Positions 1 to 13,280 of a stretch of 64,000 nucleotides of DNA are shown in pieces. The DNA lies in contig CM097884.1 of the NCBI GenBank assembly GCA_044892505.1, positions 68,696,001-68,760,000 on the forward strand. The letters are read 5' to 3'. The DNA is from Schmidtea nova. Lineage: Eukaryota. Numbering within the stretch: the first letter of the stretch is position 1; each line of letters begins with the position of its first letter. A program made the translations under genes and the position numbers. The notes under the pieces are model-generated. The model saw only the letters and a program-made list of their open reading frames with translations. It did no database searches and was not told the DNA's origin.

Positions 1-249
1 AACATTTTAAATTTTCACCGAGGCCTTGACAACGTCAACGGCTGTACTACAGTGAATTTTATCGATTTAATGTATCAATCATTTCAACTTAAGCATTGAA
101 AAATTTCAAAATACTTTTATAATTCCAACTGAGTTGGGAAAATTTGGAAACTTCGGTGACTCCCCTTTAAAATAAAAATCGTTAAGGTGGTACTATATAA
201 TGTTTGTTTTAGTCTTTTCACCTGAATTAGCATTAAGTAATCCGATTGT

Positions 250-3200
250 CTGTTTTTTATAATATGTTTATCATTATTTATATTATACTTTATTGATTGA
301 TAGTTCCTAGTTTATATTCTCTGTTTGGATTCCAATTTTTCTTTTTGGATAAGCTGGTTTCTCTTGTTATTATAAATTCAACCATTTTTCCATTAAGGCA
401 CTAATTTTCTTATTGATGATATCGTCAACAATCCACTTCACTGCAAATCTTAACCGCTCAATTCTATGACAAAATTCATTACCAGATTCTGAAACAATTA
501 AACGAAGGATCATGATAACTCGAGTTGTCTCTATATTATTGTCAAACTACAGAATCCGGATTTTCATTATTTCAAACACGATAGTTTTTCAGGATGTTAT
601 TGAATGACGACTTGTGGAGAGTTACTATCCTCGAATGTAGATTTAGTCTATTCGTTGTTCTGTGAGATTCTATTTCTCAATTTTTATGGTTGTTAATGTG
701 AAATTCTCTTTAATAAAAGTTTGATTTGCTTTTAAATCTTTATGAACTTTAAATAACCCTAGATTTTTACGAATAAAAATAAAGATTCTTATCTTAGACT
801 ATATAGTTTCACTATCACGGCAATTTTATAGTACGTGATTTTTGGATATCACTAACGGGAGAGTTCAGCTTATGTTTTCTGGAGTTTTGTTTAACTGAGA
901 TCTAAATGAGTGCAGCATTGGATCTTATGAGTAGTTTAAGTGGTCTGAGTTTAATTATTATTATCCTAGGTAGACTAACTAGGTATATAGGCTGTTATCG
1001 GATGGGATATTTGACGTTTATGCTATGAACTTTTATGAATTATGCAGTAAATTCCCTCAATGTGATATAGTGTTTAATTTTCCCTAAATCTAAAATATCT
1101 AAATCTGGCAGATTTGTTAGATAAATCTTTTTTTTGTGAGAATAAAATTTGGAATATTAACAAATAAATTTTTCAAGAAAACCCCATTTAGTTATTTAGC
1201 AGTTTAATACCTCTCTGATTTATTAGTTTTAAAATTCAAAAAACTCAATTCCAAAAAAATAATCTAGAAGTTGAGTTAAAGCAAGCACGCTTATTTCAAA
1301 ACTGCCAAAACTGACCAGCTCATGCCATGAATTCCAAAGAAATTTAGTGGCTCTAATCTATTGTGGGCAATCTATATGGCACGGAATTGTTGGAATAGAT
1401 CTGCCAGTAAATAAACATCCAATTTTAAATATATTTTGAAATTATCGAGTAGGTTTTGACAATTGGTTTCTGTCCATATGTTTAGCGCTATCTGGTATTC
1501 CTCTTCAGAGACACCTTCCAATTTTGATAGTTGTCTCCGGAATATCAAAGCTGGTGGCGTAATTACATGGGAAGATTGCTTTTGACTATACTACAGTATT
1601 TGAATTAAAAACTTCTGGAGTTATTGGTAGCCCATTTAATGTTTTTACTGCTTTTGATAGCGAATCATTGACAAACTGATAACTGTCAATGAAATGCACT
1701 GATAAATTCTGAATCCTAACCATAAGGGATAAAAATTTCTCGCTGGTTATTAAAATACAATTCATTATCCATTGAGAAAATTTGCTCAACCCATATTTCA
1801 AAATATAATGTAAGTCATAAACTTTAAGGTTATGAAATACTACGGGTAGGAAAAAACGGATTTTTCGATTTAAATTGCTATCATGGCAAGCTTTATCTAA
1901 ATATTTATCGGTAAATGATCATGGTCCTTCACCGGATTTACTATTACATTTTTATATAGATAACAAGTTATGCTGGTTCTGAAATTCTGATGGTTCTCTG
2001 CTGCTATGTTTATGTTCTTTCCACTATGTCTATAGTAATAAGGCAGAATTACATTTAAGTTTATTTCTTGCACCGTTAATAAAAATTGTGTATATTTTGA
2101 AACCCCTGTGAAATTATTTATCAACAACAGCCCAGCTGCTATCAGGTGAATGAATTTGATGATGTCTTTCATCACTGGGTAAAACTGACTCAAGATCAAC
2201 GTAAATTACGTATGGTGGACTTACAATTTTCTACCAATCACTAATCACCAATTCTTTTTGTTCAGTCATAGTATATAATGTGGTGTCAAGCTGATTTTTA
2301 ATGCAAACTACTTTATGCTTTTTATGTTCTTTTAAATCCGTTAAGATATTTTATGCACCATATACACTGAATACAGACTGGGCAATCTATTGTCGGTCTT
2401 CCGGTATTCATTAATCTTTGAAGATTCACTACATCGGTATAATGAAATCTGTCTCCTTTCTCTAACATTAGCAATACACCGGTGTAACTCCTGTTACTTT
2501 TGTCCGATGTATTATGTCTAAATGCGGGTTGTTAAGTATGTTATTATATGTAAATACGACGCAGTATCTTGTGTGTGTAAAGAAAAGTTGTAGTGCCCGA
2601 GAGAGTCTTGCGGTAATTGTGTGCAGACACTCGGGGTGTATGCTATGTAATGCAAAAACAGTAAGTCAAAAACAATAAAATAATAATAAAACGAAATAAT
2701 TATTAGCAATTAAATTAGTATCACAATATAAGTTATAACCGCAAATATTTTAATTACTGATAGTTGCTCGTTTATTGTGATAGGATTGTAAGAGGATTGT
2801 TGGTATTGTTAGGGTTGTTTTCTAGATAGCTTGATAATAAAAATGATCTCCAATCTCTTTAATTGATATTTGGCAGTACCACGATATCCAAGTTCTTTAA
2901 TTTAGATTTTGTCAATAAAACGTTATACGACCTCTTCAATTAGATATTATAACTTCTGTTTTCTGTTGGTGATTTGTTTCTCCAACTATCTTTTCTAAAT
3001 CTTTAAATATTCCTATTTCTATTTCGTGTTGCCAAGTTAATCCTCGATTTTCAAACTGTTTTATTTTTCTAATTTTTCAAAAACAATCTATAATCTTCTA
3101 TTTTCCGCTCCTTGACTGCTTCAGATATTCATAAATGTTTTATTGTAAAATCTTATTTAGAATTTGATTATTAACCTTTGATTATTAAAAAATCAATTCT

Positions 3201-3989
3201 TCATATTTTTTTGTCCATAGCTTACTATAGTTTATTACTATAGTAAGCTGTTGGATTCAAATTGATAATAATAATAAAAATTAACACAAATAAAAAAATG
3301 GGGGGGGGGTCCCGGTGACCGCAAAGGCACCGTCCATAACAATGACGGCGCTTACACCATCATACAAGAATAGCAATAATCATAAAAATAACAACTACCA
3401 GCAAACTTTTCATACACTACACGGATGCTTCAATATAACGTCATCCTCTTCATCATTAGTCAGATTACTATTGTTATATATTAAGACATTAATTGACAGT
3501 CCGTCATTTTGTCGCTCGAATTTTCGAATATCTTTAAGCTTTATTGGGAAATCAGCTTCATCATATACTATTTCTTTCTATAACTCGGTATACTTCTCAA
3601 CACGTCCATGATTATATTCAATTACATCATACTTCATAATAACTAAGAAACGATATATGAAGCAGAGATCATCCTCATTTTTAACATTTATTATTGCATG
3701 TTTTGCTTGTAATGATCGAGGTATTGGTAAGTAATTATAGCCCGATAGTCTGCTTATTGGTGAAAATTTTGTAATGATTAAAAACACCTCGAGTATTTTG
3801 TTCACAGTCCAGCTGCTGTCTCGTTCTGTTGATATGAATTTTCTCATATAATTTTCTTCTACCTTCTTCAAGAAAATTATCTGGCGGATGTTTGTGGGAA
3901 CTTTTCTCAAATTTAAGGGAAGGATTCATACAGGCAAAAGTTCTTTTGAGACCTTGACGGTTGCTCACGCAACTTGTTATTGATTCCAA
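250..3989 (-). pseudogene. Decayed protein-primed family B DNA polymerase of Polinton/Maverick (adintovirus-like) type, with many stops/frameshifts and a ~0.9 kb insertion
   Basis: Minus-strand fragments in the expected order: SSWTVNKI..KFSPI..YLPIP..AIINVKNEDDLCF (3578-3910), FPIKLKDIRKFERQN..SINV (~3420-3570), FHYTDVVNLQRLM and PPYVIYVDLESVL (~2180-2500), VKDHDH (~1920), FIDSYQFVNDSL (~1660-1700), YLKLDVYLLADLFQQFR..LEPLNFFGIHGMSW (~1310-1450). The lower boundary is approximate. Confidence 0.85.
3219..3249. repeat. Perfect 13-bp hairpin
   Basis: AGCTTACTATAGT-TTATT-ACTATAGTAAGCT. Confidence 0.9.
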
Positions 3990-5729
3990 TCTTGTGGAGT
4001 ATGTTCGATTATTGATCCTGAGATCGAAATTTAATCTAAAAATTTGCAGATATTCTACATAAAACGCACAAATTTAGTTTGGCTCCCCATTATACTAATT
4101 ATAAGAATGCTTTTGAGCCATTACGTCGAAAAATCAAAACAAAAAGAGTAATTGACTATCGATTAATATTCTAAACTTTTGAGATCATTAGAAATAAATT
4201 GAGTGTAAAAATTTATATTTTTTTTGAAATCTAGATTTGAGAATTACGAATAAAAGAAATTTAATTATTGTCAATAAAAAATTATTTTGAATTATTAGAA
4301 CATATATTAACATTAGTATATAGAGAAAAATGTGCAGTAGGCAACCTCTACAAAATGTGGCATTTTGAAACACGACGAGTAATAACATTCTCAATGAATC
4401 AAGTATCCAAACATCAACTAAAGTCTGGTCTAAGTCGCTTCTGTGTTAAAACACTCCCTGTAAAACGAGTTAAATTTGTTTCTATTCCTCTCAAATTATA
4501 ATTTAAAAACAAAATACATCTTGCAAATGTTTAAAATTCATATATACAAAGTGGTTAATAAACTCTTGAAAATCCCATAAAAAAATAATTCGATTAGAAA
4601 TTTTTATTTCAATGAAAAGTAATAAAATGGGAGTATAAAAAAATTGAATAATAACAATAATAACCAGTCTGTGATATTCAAGATTTTTTCGGATTTTGAG
4701 ATTTGATTGACCTAAATTTTAAAATAACAACAATGAATAGGAACCATAACAATGACTGTAATAAAAGCCTTTGACTTTCCAATGGGATTAAATTTAAAAT
4801 GGTAATTTTTTAGTGAGGGGCTTGAGTGTAATAATGATTATTTTCAATTTTTGAAGTGTGGATATTTAAAATTATTTGTTTTATAACATTAGCTTCCTTT
4901 ATTATTAATCTATCGATAAAATTTGGGAATAACGCAATACATCATATTAAATACGAGACGCATGATGGTTATATACCAACACAGCAAAAGTAGTTGTTAT
5001 CTCAAAACTGAGTGTTCAAACCTGACCCGCATTCAGAAATAGTCATTTTTTGTTTGAAAGAAAAATTTTGCATCGGAATATCTAACTAGTCGAATTTATT
5101 TAAAAACTAATGTGGACACATGAATTTCAATATTGAAGATCTTTTCGACAAAAGAATTAAGATTAAAAAATATTTTAAAAAAGGAAAATTAAAACATTTG
5201 TTTTTGTTTTTAAATCTTGATTTTTTAAAATTAAAAATTAATAACCAATACGCAATAATTGGGAACGTTTATGACAGTGAGTGGGAGCTTCAATAATATA
5301 AATGTAAATGTGCGATTAACAAATCTAACAATAAATTAGAACCGCTGTCAATAAATAGTAACACTTTATAAAATAAAACGATTAAAATCAATTAAAAATA
5401 ATCAAAGTTGAAAAAAAAATATTTGAAATTAAGTTAAAATTTTGAATTATTTCCCGATTATTAGGAGCAATGTTTATGAAAGCAAATTTTACAGTATATT
5501 TAGATCAGTAGGTTGCTATTATCCCCAAATTCCAGAAAGCAAAAAAAGCAAGATAAACTTGTTTTTGTTTTTGAATTTATTGGAATTTACATAAAACTAT
5601 CTGAGTAAATAAAAATTGTAAGCATCAGCATAATATAATTCAAACGCTTTTATTTACGTTTTAGAAAAATTATGTTGTTTCATTTTTGCTAAAATGACTA
5701 CAAAATCAGAAGTTTATGACGTGAGCATG

Positions 5730-5880
5730 ATTTTATTACAGTCTTCGTCATTTAATTGATTTCTATTCTTCGTTTTTACGTTTACTAACTTCGAAAATCC
5801 TTGTTCACAAAGGTATCTCGTTGCAAATGGCAGCAAGTTTTTTTAGCCTCGTGTACAATTTTGAAAACCTTTGCAGCTTC
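5730..5880 (-). pseudogene. hAT (Buster/Charlie-like) transposase C-terminal dimerisation-domain remnant
   Basis: Translates LLPFATRYLCEQGFSKLVNVKTKNRNQL, matching the hAT motif LPF.TTYLCE.GFS.L..IKTK.RN.L. Confidence 0.75.
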
Positions 5881-8217
5881 TTACATCCAAAAAGACGATA
5901 GACATCTTTTCTTCTGAAATAACAGTTAGAGGAAAAATTATCGAATATATCAACGACAATTATGTTAGAAAACGATTTTAAATAAACTGATTATATTTTT
6001 ATTAAATACATATTTGTGTGACAAAATTTGCCGCAATTACAGTTTTATATGATTTAAAGTGGATGCATTGTAGAAAGATCTAACACTATCTAACAACAAA
6101 TTTATTATTTAAAATTCAATATAAAACTAAATAAATTTAATGTTCATTTGAAATAAAATTTATACCGATAGTTTTTCCGACAAGAGAAAAGATAGCTTCT
6201 GACGATCATTAAAACAAATCCAAATAGAACGAATATTAATTGTCGAAGTTAAAATCTGAAATACTTGTGATATGCTTTGTGAAATACTTGGTATTAAAAC
6301 ATCTGAAAATCACAACTTAGAAAATCAATAAATTATTACCGTAAAAATTGAACTTATTCATGTGTAACATGCTACATAGTAAACTTGGTCAGCAAAAATT
6401 TCGGACTTGATCTAAACTAAAATTTCTAGTAATTTTCTTGAAAAATAAATACATCTTTCCAAATAATCTAGCATTAATTTTAGCATAAAACTCGATATTT
6501 TCTTACTATTCTCGCATTAATTTTCATTAAAAATCCTATATTCAAAACCACGATGTCGTGTTTTGGTAAACCTTATTTCCTCGGATAAAAACAATGACAT
6601 GGTCAATAGTGGACCTGGGTAAAACCTGAAACCAGATTTAAAAATGATTGGAACGGATTAGGAATAGAAAGAGATCATGTATCAAAATAGAGCATAAATC
6701 TTCTATCAATAGTGAATCCAGAGAAAGTACTCGAGAAATTACAGTTCTTGTAGCAGCGCTAACTTTTTGCGAGTATTTTCGCCCATTAGTTACAGTACCA
6801 ACGTTGCTTGCAACGGGTAACTAATCGGTTACATCAATAATTATTTGGTTTCCATAAAATAACACACTCATCATGACAAAATACATATAACCTTTATTAA
6901 TGTTTTTACATTTTTAGTTATCAAGTTAACCTATAAAAGTAAAAATAATATAATGATTTATAAAATAGAAAATTTGAAAAATATCCTTATTACGCCCAAT
7001 AGATTCATCGTTACCCCATTTGAGATAGTTTACCCCGGTAACCCGACATCTGATTTAGATTATCAACAATTCTCTCTAATATCGCGTACAAGTTAATCAA
7101 ATTAATATTTCTATTTTCGATTAGATTCAACAATTATCGTACAAGTGTTGTGAGATTTTTATACTTGTTTTATAAAATTTTCTGGGTTTCATTCGTTAAA
7201 ATCACCGATAAAAAATGTAAAAAAAATCAAAAACTTCACAATATATATGTATATACTCACTTCATTATGAAAATGGGAAATTAATTATAGTTTTTCTAAT
7301 AAAATGAAACAAAATTAACAGATATAATTTAAATTGTAAAACAAATAATCTACATCACAATATCTCATATCTCAATAAAATCAATGTGCAAATTTTAAAA
7401 GTTTCCTAATAACGACCATCAAATTAAGTAAAACTTTTTTCTAAATATATATCTAGTTAATGTAAATAAACTTAAAATTTATAAAAATATTAAAAAAAGT
7501 TACCTCCATCTAATTTTCTGGAAACAAAAATTCCGAATGAGAGACAATTTTTTATATAGCCCCGTTCATGATAAGACTGCCTGAAATAATTGTTGGCAGC
7601 TCTTATCAGAAATTTTTGTGAGGCGGTGACAAAGTTGATTTATTGGAAGTGTTGTGGCGTTTGGATGGGTTAAAACAAAAAGATAAAATCAATAAATATA
7701 AACGCTCTAGGGATGCCTCCATCCAAGACCAAACATAAAATGCTTACGTGACACACGAGCACCCTCGATCATTTCCCTGGGATAATCGAGTTGGAAATGT
7801 GCAAGGTGTTTGAACAATGATGGGCAGGTTAGCTCTATTTCTAAAACTACTCCCCATTTATGTTCACAGGTTCGTCTTGCTGCCGATAGAAGGACTTACG
7901 CTTCGCTATCACTTTAATTTATTCATTACATTAGCTTTCTGTTTAATTTCTCCCTCTGCCCCCTTCTTTACAATATCAACAGATAATTCCAATCGATTAT
8001 AATATATCATTACTTTAATGTTCTTATGGTTTGGTCATTTGTTAAATTTCTACATCACTTTTGTCGGTTATAATTTGCATTTAATTTAATTTAATTTGAA
8101 TTATTTAATAAATACTGTAAGGTTAACTACTTGATAATAAAATAAATACAAAACAAAAATTATTTAATAAACTAAAATTTTGTACACGATGATAATAATA
8201 AAAAATTATTGTTCGTA

Positions 8218-8886
8218 TTATTCAAAGTATTTAAGATAGTCTCCATCTATTGCTGAGAAATCAGTAGTTAGATCGATTTCTGGGAACTCCTGAGTATGCT
8301 GAATTAGCTGCTGCATCACTTGCTTCTTCCAGCGCCGTTGTCTTGCGCCCATCTTATTCTTCTTCTTCCTTTTGACCTCAGAGATCGCTGTAATTTTCGG
8401 TACACTTTGAGTTTGTATTTCTTGAACCTGAGGTGGTTCTTCCGTGTTTGTCCCTTTCGTGCATTCGGATTTTTCCTCTGTCCAACGCTGATACGTGATC
8501 GGACGTATGAGCTGTTTTAACTCTTGATTGATGAAAGATGTGGTTACAGATTTTAAACATTTTTTCAACTCTATCTTGGTTGCTTCGAGCTCCGTTTTAA
8601 ATTCATCATTCGCTCGCTGAGAGCGTTGATTCTTTATGAGCTGGGCCTTCATTTGATCTGGACTGAACCAGCTTTTCTTTAATTGCGATATTGTGGTCTC
8701 TGCTGTGCTTAGCTTTTCTGATTTTCTCAATATCTCTTTCTCAAGGCTGCGAATAATTCGCCAAGCCTTGTCCAATTCGGATTGAAGAGTTAGTAAATTG
8801 TTGGTCATTTTCTGTAAATCAAAAATTTTCATTAATATAAATTTGGTTGGATTCGAATAGATCTTATGATTATATTTCATGGCCAC
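8218..8886 (-). CDS. Intact coiled-coil/basic accessory ORF of family F (function unknown)
   Basis: 222-aa ORF with heptad-like N-half and basic KRKKKNKMGARQRRWKK motif. Probable acceptor TTTTTGATTTACAG ending ~8813, just before ATG ACC. Clear paralogue at 17040-17535. Confidence 0.7.
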   Translation of the reverse strand: MAMKYNHKIYSNPTKFILMKIFDLQKMTNNLLTLQSELDKAWRIIRSLEKEILRKSEKLSTAETTISQLKKSWFSPDQMKAQLIKNQRSQRANDEFKTELEATKIELKKCLKSVTTSFINQELKQLIRPITYQRWTEEKSECTKGTNTEEPPQVQEIQTQSVPKITAISEVKRKKKNKMGARQRRWKKQVMQQLIQHTQEFPEIDLTTDFSAIDGDYLKYFE

Positions 8887-8962
8887 TTTTGACGAATTCT
8901 TGAAGGTTTAAGCATTGTGTATTATTAAGGAAACGAAGTCAGCTACTCTATATCATTTAACA

Positions 8963-9095
8963 CTGTCGCTATGTACTGCGATCAGATAACTTCATTTATA
9001 ATCTTTATTAATTCATGCCTGTGCTATGTACAGCAATCAGGATAATAATTTACTCAAACTTTTTACGAAATTACTGCCCTATGTACAGGGATCAG
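8963..9095 (-). repeat. Three 22-23 nt stem-loops at ~55-nt spacing
   Basis: Plus strand: CTGT-CGCT-ATGTAC-TGCG-ATCAG (8963), CTG-TGCT-ATGTAC-AGCA-ATCAG (9019), CTG-CCCT-ATGTAC-AGGG-ATCAG (9074). Invariant loop with compensatory stem changes. Confidence 0.85.
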
Positions 9096-9633
9096 CCTAG
9101 TAGATCAAATTTCATTATTATGTATCTTTGTTGAGCATTAGATCAATTTTCTTGTTGACTATGTGATATTTGTGTTTTAGATCACTGACCCACCTAAACT
9201 ACTCTATTATGGTTATCGATTTGTTGCTTTCTAATATGCTTTTTATACCTATATTTCAATCTTTGATGTTAAACTTCGAACGATGATGTTAAACGCGCTA
9301 CTCGACAAACCCTAGATGCGCCAATCTCAAAAAAACGAAGCAATATTCTGCTGATAAATGAAAAATTCAACTCAAGATAAAATGATGATCATAATCAAAT
9401 AAAATCAAAATCAAACTGGCTATACTGTCCAGTGATAAATGTTAGAATTAGGGTTACTAAAATTCCTACCCTCCTAGTGGCACTTTATACCAGTTGGACG
9501 GCCTAACTGTACGGAGCAGTCTTCTACTCGGCACAGTCTGCCTCCGTCCATCGATTTCACGATGAACAGGAGCCCCCTTGAATGATAATATATATCTAAT
9601 TACTTAAATACAATATATAAATAGCTTTAATCC

Positions 9634-9848
9634 GCCTCCCTCCACCGATTACACAGTGGAAGGAACTCGACAATAATATATTCATAAATAATATAACTCA
9701 TACCTAATCATTAAAACTGAATTTAATAATGTTGCCTCCTTCCACCGATTACACGGTGGAAGAAGCTCAATTGACTCATAAAATAAAATGCAAATAAACT
9801 TTTTAATACCTTCGTCTCCTTCCACCGATTACACAGTGGAAGAAGCTT
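9634..9848 (-). repeat. Three 35-nt hairpin repeats separated by dissimilar AT-rich spacers (65 and 45 nt)
   Basis: G(C/T)CTCC(C/T)TCCACCGATTACAC(A/G)GTGGAAG(G/A)A(A/G)CT at 9634, 9734 and 9814. Plus-strand stem mismatches become G-U pairs on the minus strand. Confidence 0.9.
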
Positions 9849-12800
9849 AAACAAATCGTAAAAAATAAAAGAAATCATATTTATTAAAATTTATTTATTC
9901 AATGGTCAATGACAGAAAAATCATAATAGAATTATCTAACAATATAAACAATCAAAACTTCATACCTTCAGTTGCTTATAATTTTACTTGAAAACCAAAA
10001 TGCTTCTGAAGCATAAAAACATATATACTATCTGAATCTGGATCAGTATTTATACTGACCAGATCAGTTCATTGACCAATCAGCGTGAAGCTGATCATCA
10101 ATGAATACACTTTTATTTCACAATAATAATAAATTTCAAAAATAAAATCGATTTATTTTTGTTTTAAATAACTTAAAATTTCTTCAATTTTTTTCTCTTA
10201 ATTTAACTATTAAATTCTATTATTAACCAATTTTGGTTATTTAGATATTATTTCTTATGACTTTTTAACATTTTCCATTTTATTTTCTTATAATTTCACC
10301 ATATCATTTATCTTTCTATTATTTTTAATTCCTTTTTCAATGGAATTTATTTAAATGCATTAATATTTTCTTTATTCTTATTTGTTTTTTTTTCTTATTA
10401 TTTATACATTTAACTGTTGACCAAATGGTGGACCCAACAGAAGATTATGTATTGAGTGAGCAAAATTATCATGAATAAATAAGTTTTCAGTTCTTGTTTT
10501 CGATTCTTGGTGTAGTATGAGATGCAACAGAGATTGCATATTATTGAGCGAAAATATATCAATAGAGGGAACTACTATTTAGTAATCAAAAAGTATAAAT
10601 TAAATTAGTGAAAATGTTGTTACTGCCTAAACGTCAATTAACTGTTATATTCTTGATATTAAAAAGTGGTCTAAATAAAATAAAATCACAAAAACAGAAT
10701 ACACACGAAAACGAATAAATATGAAAAGATCCTAAATAAATAAAATATTTATAAGGAAAAATAAAAAATGAAATTAATGTAAAATTAATTGTTATTAATA
10801 TCATTATTATTATTTTGAATATATACAGAATATATACAAAACATATACAGTGAATTCTCTATGATAGCGACCAAGGCTAAATCACTTTTTTTGTTTCAAA
10901 GTCGCTGTTATCGAGAAAAGTCTCTAAAAAAATTAGAATTGAAAATTAATAAAAATTAAAAAATTAAATTTTATATTTTAAAAGTCAAGCCCGCAGTATA
11001 AGTATTTAAGAACATTTTTTTGTTTTTTAAATCCCTAAAACAGGCAGTTTTAACTAGTTACAAAACAGCAGAAACATGCGAATAAACTGCCTAAATGTTA
11101 AAAGATCATGTAAGTTCATGTATCAGACCATCTTAATATATAACAAGAAATCTATAACACATTCACTTAAAACGCTAATAATAAAGGTCGTTAATTAATT
11201 AATTGGCTAACGAAAAAGTCGAGCTAATGGGAAACCCGTACCAATGGAGAACCCAGAAGGTCATTATCTCGACAGTTAGATTAATGGGCATAAACAGAAA
11301 TTGGTTGTTATCAAGAAGCAACATAAGAACGAAATAAATCACTATTATTGTTCAAACAATATTCAAGAAACCGATTGTCCAATGTCAGACTAAGACAATT
11401 TGAAGAAAAATAATTAATCAAAATGATTATTCGAGTATTTAAGGAAACTCGAAATTGAGAACAATCGGCATTTCACCTTAGTTAGGGAGAAGAAATCGAA
11501 CTTGTTAAAAAAGAGTTAGGAGAAATAGACAAGTTTAGTGAAGCGGTCAAGTAGAAAATAGTTAGAGAAAGTGGAGGGTCGAATCAATCGAAAACCAGAA
11601 TATTAAAAGAAAGAGTCCAATAAAAGAGGAAACTAGTATACTAAATGTGATTATTATTATAAAGTGCACAAGGCATATTAAAATTTTTCATTTTTGTGAT
11701 AATCATTAATTTTTGGAAGCAAATCGGAATTAAATTAAATTTCCCACAGTGGAGCTTGATTGAATAATTAAGACGTTCTATCATTGTTGTGTAATCAATG
11801 AATTGTAAAAGGTTATATTAATTTTAAACAAATATACATTGAAATGTTATTGATTTATAGAACACGATGAGTCGAAAACACTGGGGATTAGTATTTGAAT
11901 TAATTAAACCCAACAAATGCATAATAAAATTCTCAATTTATAATTTAATCTAATAATTTTGATTTATAATAAAGTATTCATTTATATTACAAATCAATAC
12001 ATTTATATTACAACAATACAAATTTCTAAAATTAGAAAAGAATTTTATTAATAAAAAATATTAAAATTCTCCAAAAAATGTTTGAATTCTTAAAAATTAT
12101 TAGCAAGTTAAATCCATTGATTTCAATTTTACTCGTTGAAACGGTTTGTCATTCCAAAGTGATTGATAAAGATCATTTGATAATTTTCTTTCGTCATTAT
12201 ATATCGTCTGAATTAATATGCTTTGATTCTTATATTTATGTGTAAATAAATTTAGTAATCGTCCAATAAAATTTCGATTTGTCAATTCTTCATTTTTCCG
12301 ATAATCATTAACTTTTGGAAGCAAATCGGAATTCCTCCATAGTGTATGATTTAAAATCCAGCAAAATTTAATAAAAAGAAATTTGAAAAACAAGTGTATT
12401 TTGTTAAAATAAAACATTGATTTTAAAATATAAACAATTTAAACAATATTTATTATAAATAAATTTAATAGTAATTATTTAATTCAAATTTTAAATTAAA
12501 TAAGGAATTTTAAAATATATTATGAATGATTTATAATTTTTATTTTCAGTTACATTTTGAAAAAATCTTTGATAATTAAAAATTAAAAAATAATTAATTA
12601 ATAATTAAAATAATAGTTATTAGTTTCTATTGGCCTGCCAGATTTTTCTTCAAATGGCATTTTAAAATATTTTGTGAGATTTGGAATCCTCGATAATAAT
12701 CAATCAATGCCAATACATATCAATTTCATGGTTTACCTTATATTTAAACAAAAACTTGGATATTGAAGTATTTTATTGATATTTATATGCGAATTAGAAG

Positions 12801-13280
12801 CGTAGTCAAGTGTAATCTATTAACTGGTGAAATACTTTGAACGAATTCAAAGAATGTTATAAATTTAAATTATTATTAAGTTGATGCTCGCATTTATATC
12901 AGTGCAATAAAATTTAATTTCATCACGCTTACAAAATTTGTAAACAAACATCTCTTATAAATTAAGGATATTTTTGTATTCAATTTTAGGCTATGAAAAA
13001 TATAACTAATTTTTAAATAAATAATTACTTCTTGTTTCGTAATATGTATGAGTTAGAGTTCTTGTCACAACTTCTGATATTTAAAACGTCCATTAAAAAT
13101 TCAAATTCCATTTAAAAATGTCTATCATAAAATATTAATAAAATAACTTCTAAGGGGATTGACTCAGCAAATATTGCAGTCATTCATTCATTCAGCACAG
13201 CATATTGGGTTTTTATTATTTTTAATTAATTTTATTAGTTTTTTAATTATCAAAATATATTTTTAGTGTAATATCTCACA

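Larger units (their letters stand above)
7695..11640 (+). mobile_element. Decayed LTR-retrotransposon family copy F1 (long 5' region with antisense ORF, gag-like remnant at ~11200-11640)
   Basis: Homologous to 14800-17860 (inverted) and 26020-26600. Shared motifs: TAAG.CCTTCTATC..CAAGA.GAACC.GT, GCT.AC.TGCC and GCTAATGG.AA.CC..CCAATGGAGAACC. Possible PBS TGGTGGA at ~10426. Boundaries are approximate. Confidence 0.55.

Noticed and set aside
7560-7830. Apparent amino-acid-permease-like peptide on the minus strand
   Set aside because: Needs frameshifts, and the DNA is homologous to the non-coding flank of family F (17660-17860, 26020-26150).
9441-9456. TTAGGG telomere-like motif
   Set aside because: Single unit, expected by chance.
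9634-9848. Bona fide CRISPR array
   Set aside because: Eukaryotic context, only three repeats, unequal long spacers and no cas genes. Kept only as a hairpin array.
11690-13210. Possible BTB/BACK-like pseudogene pieces and two WRNSDLLPK-like exons on the minus strand
   Set aside because: Only short stop-ridden similarities by eye; cannot be supported without a profile search.
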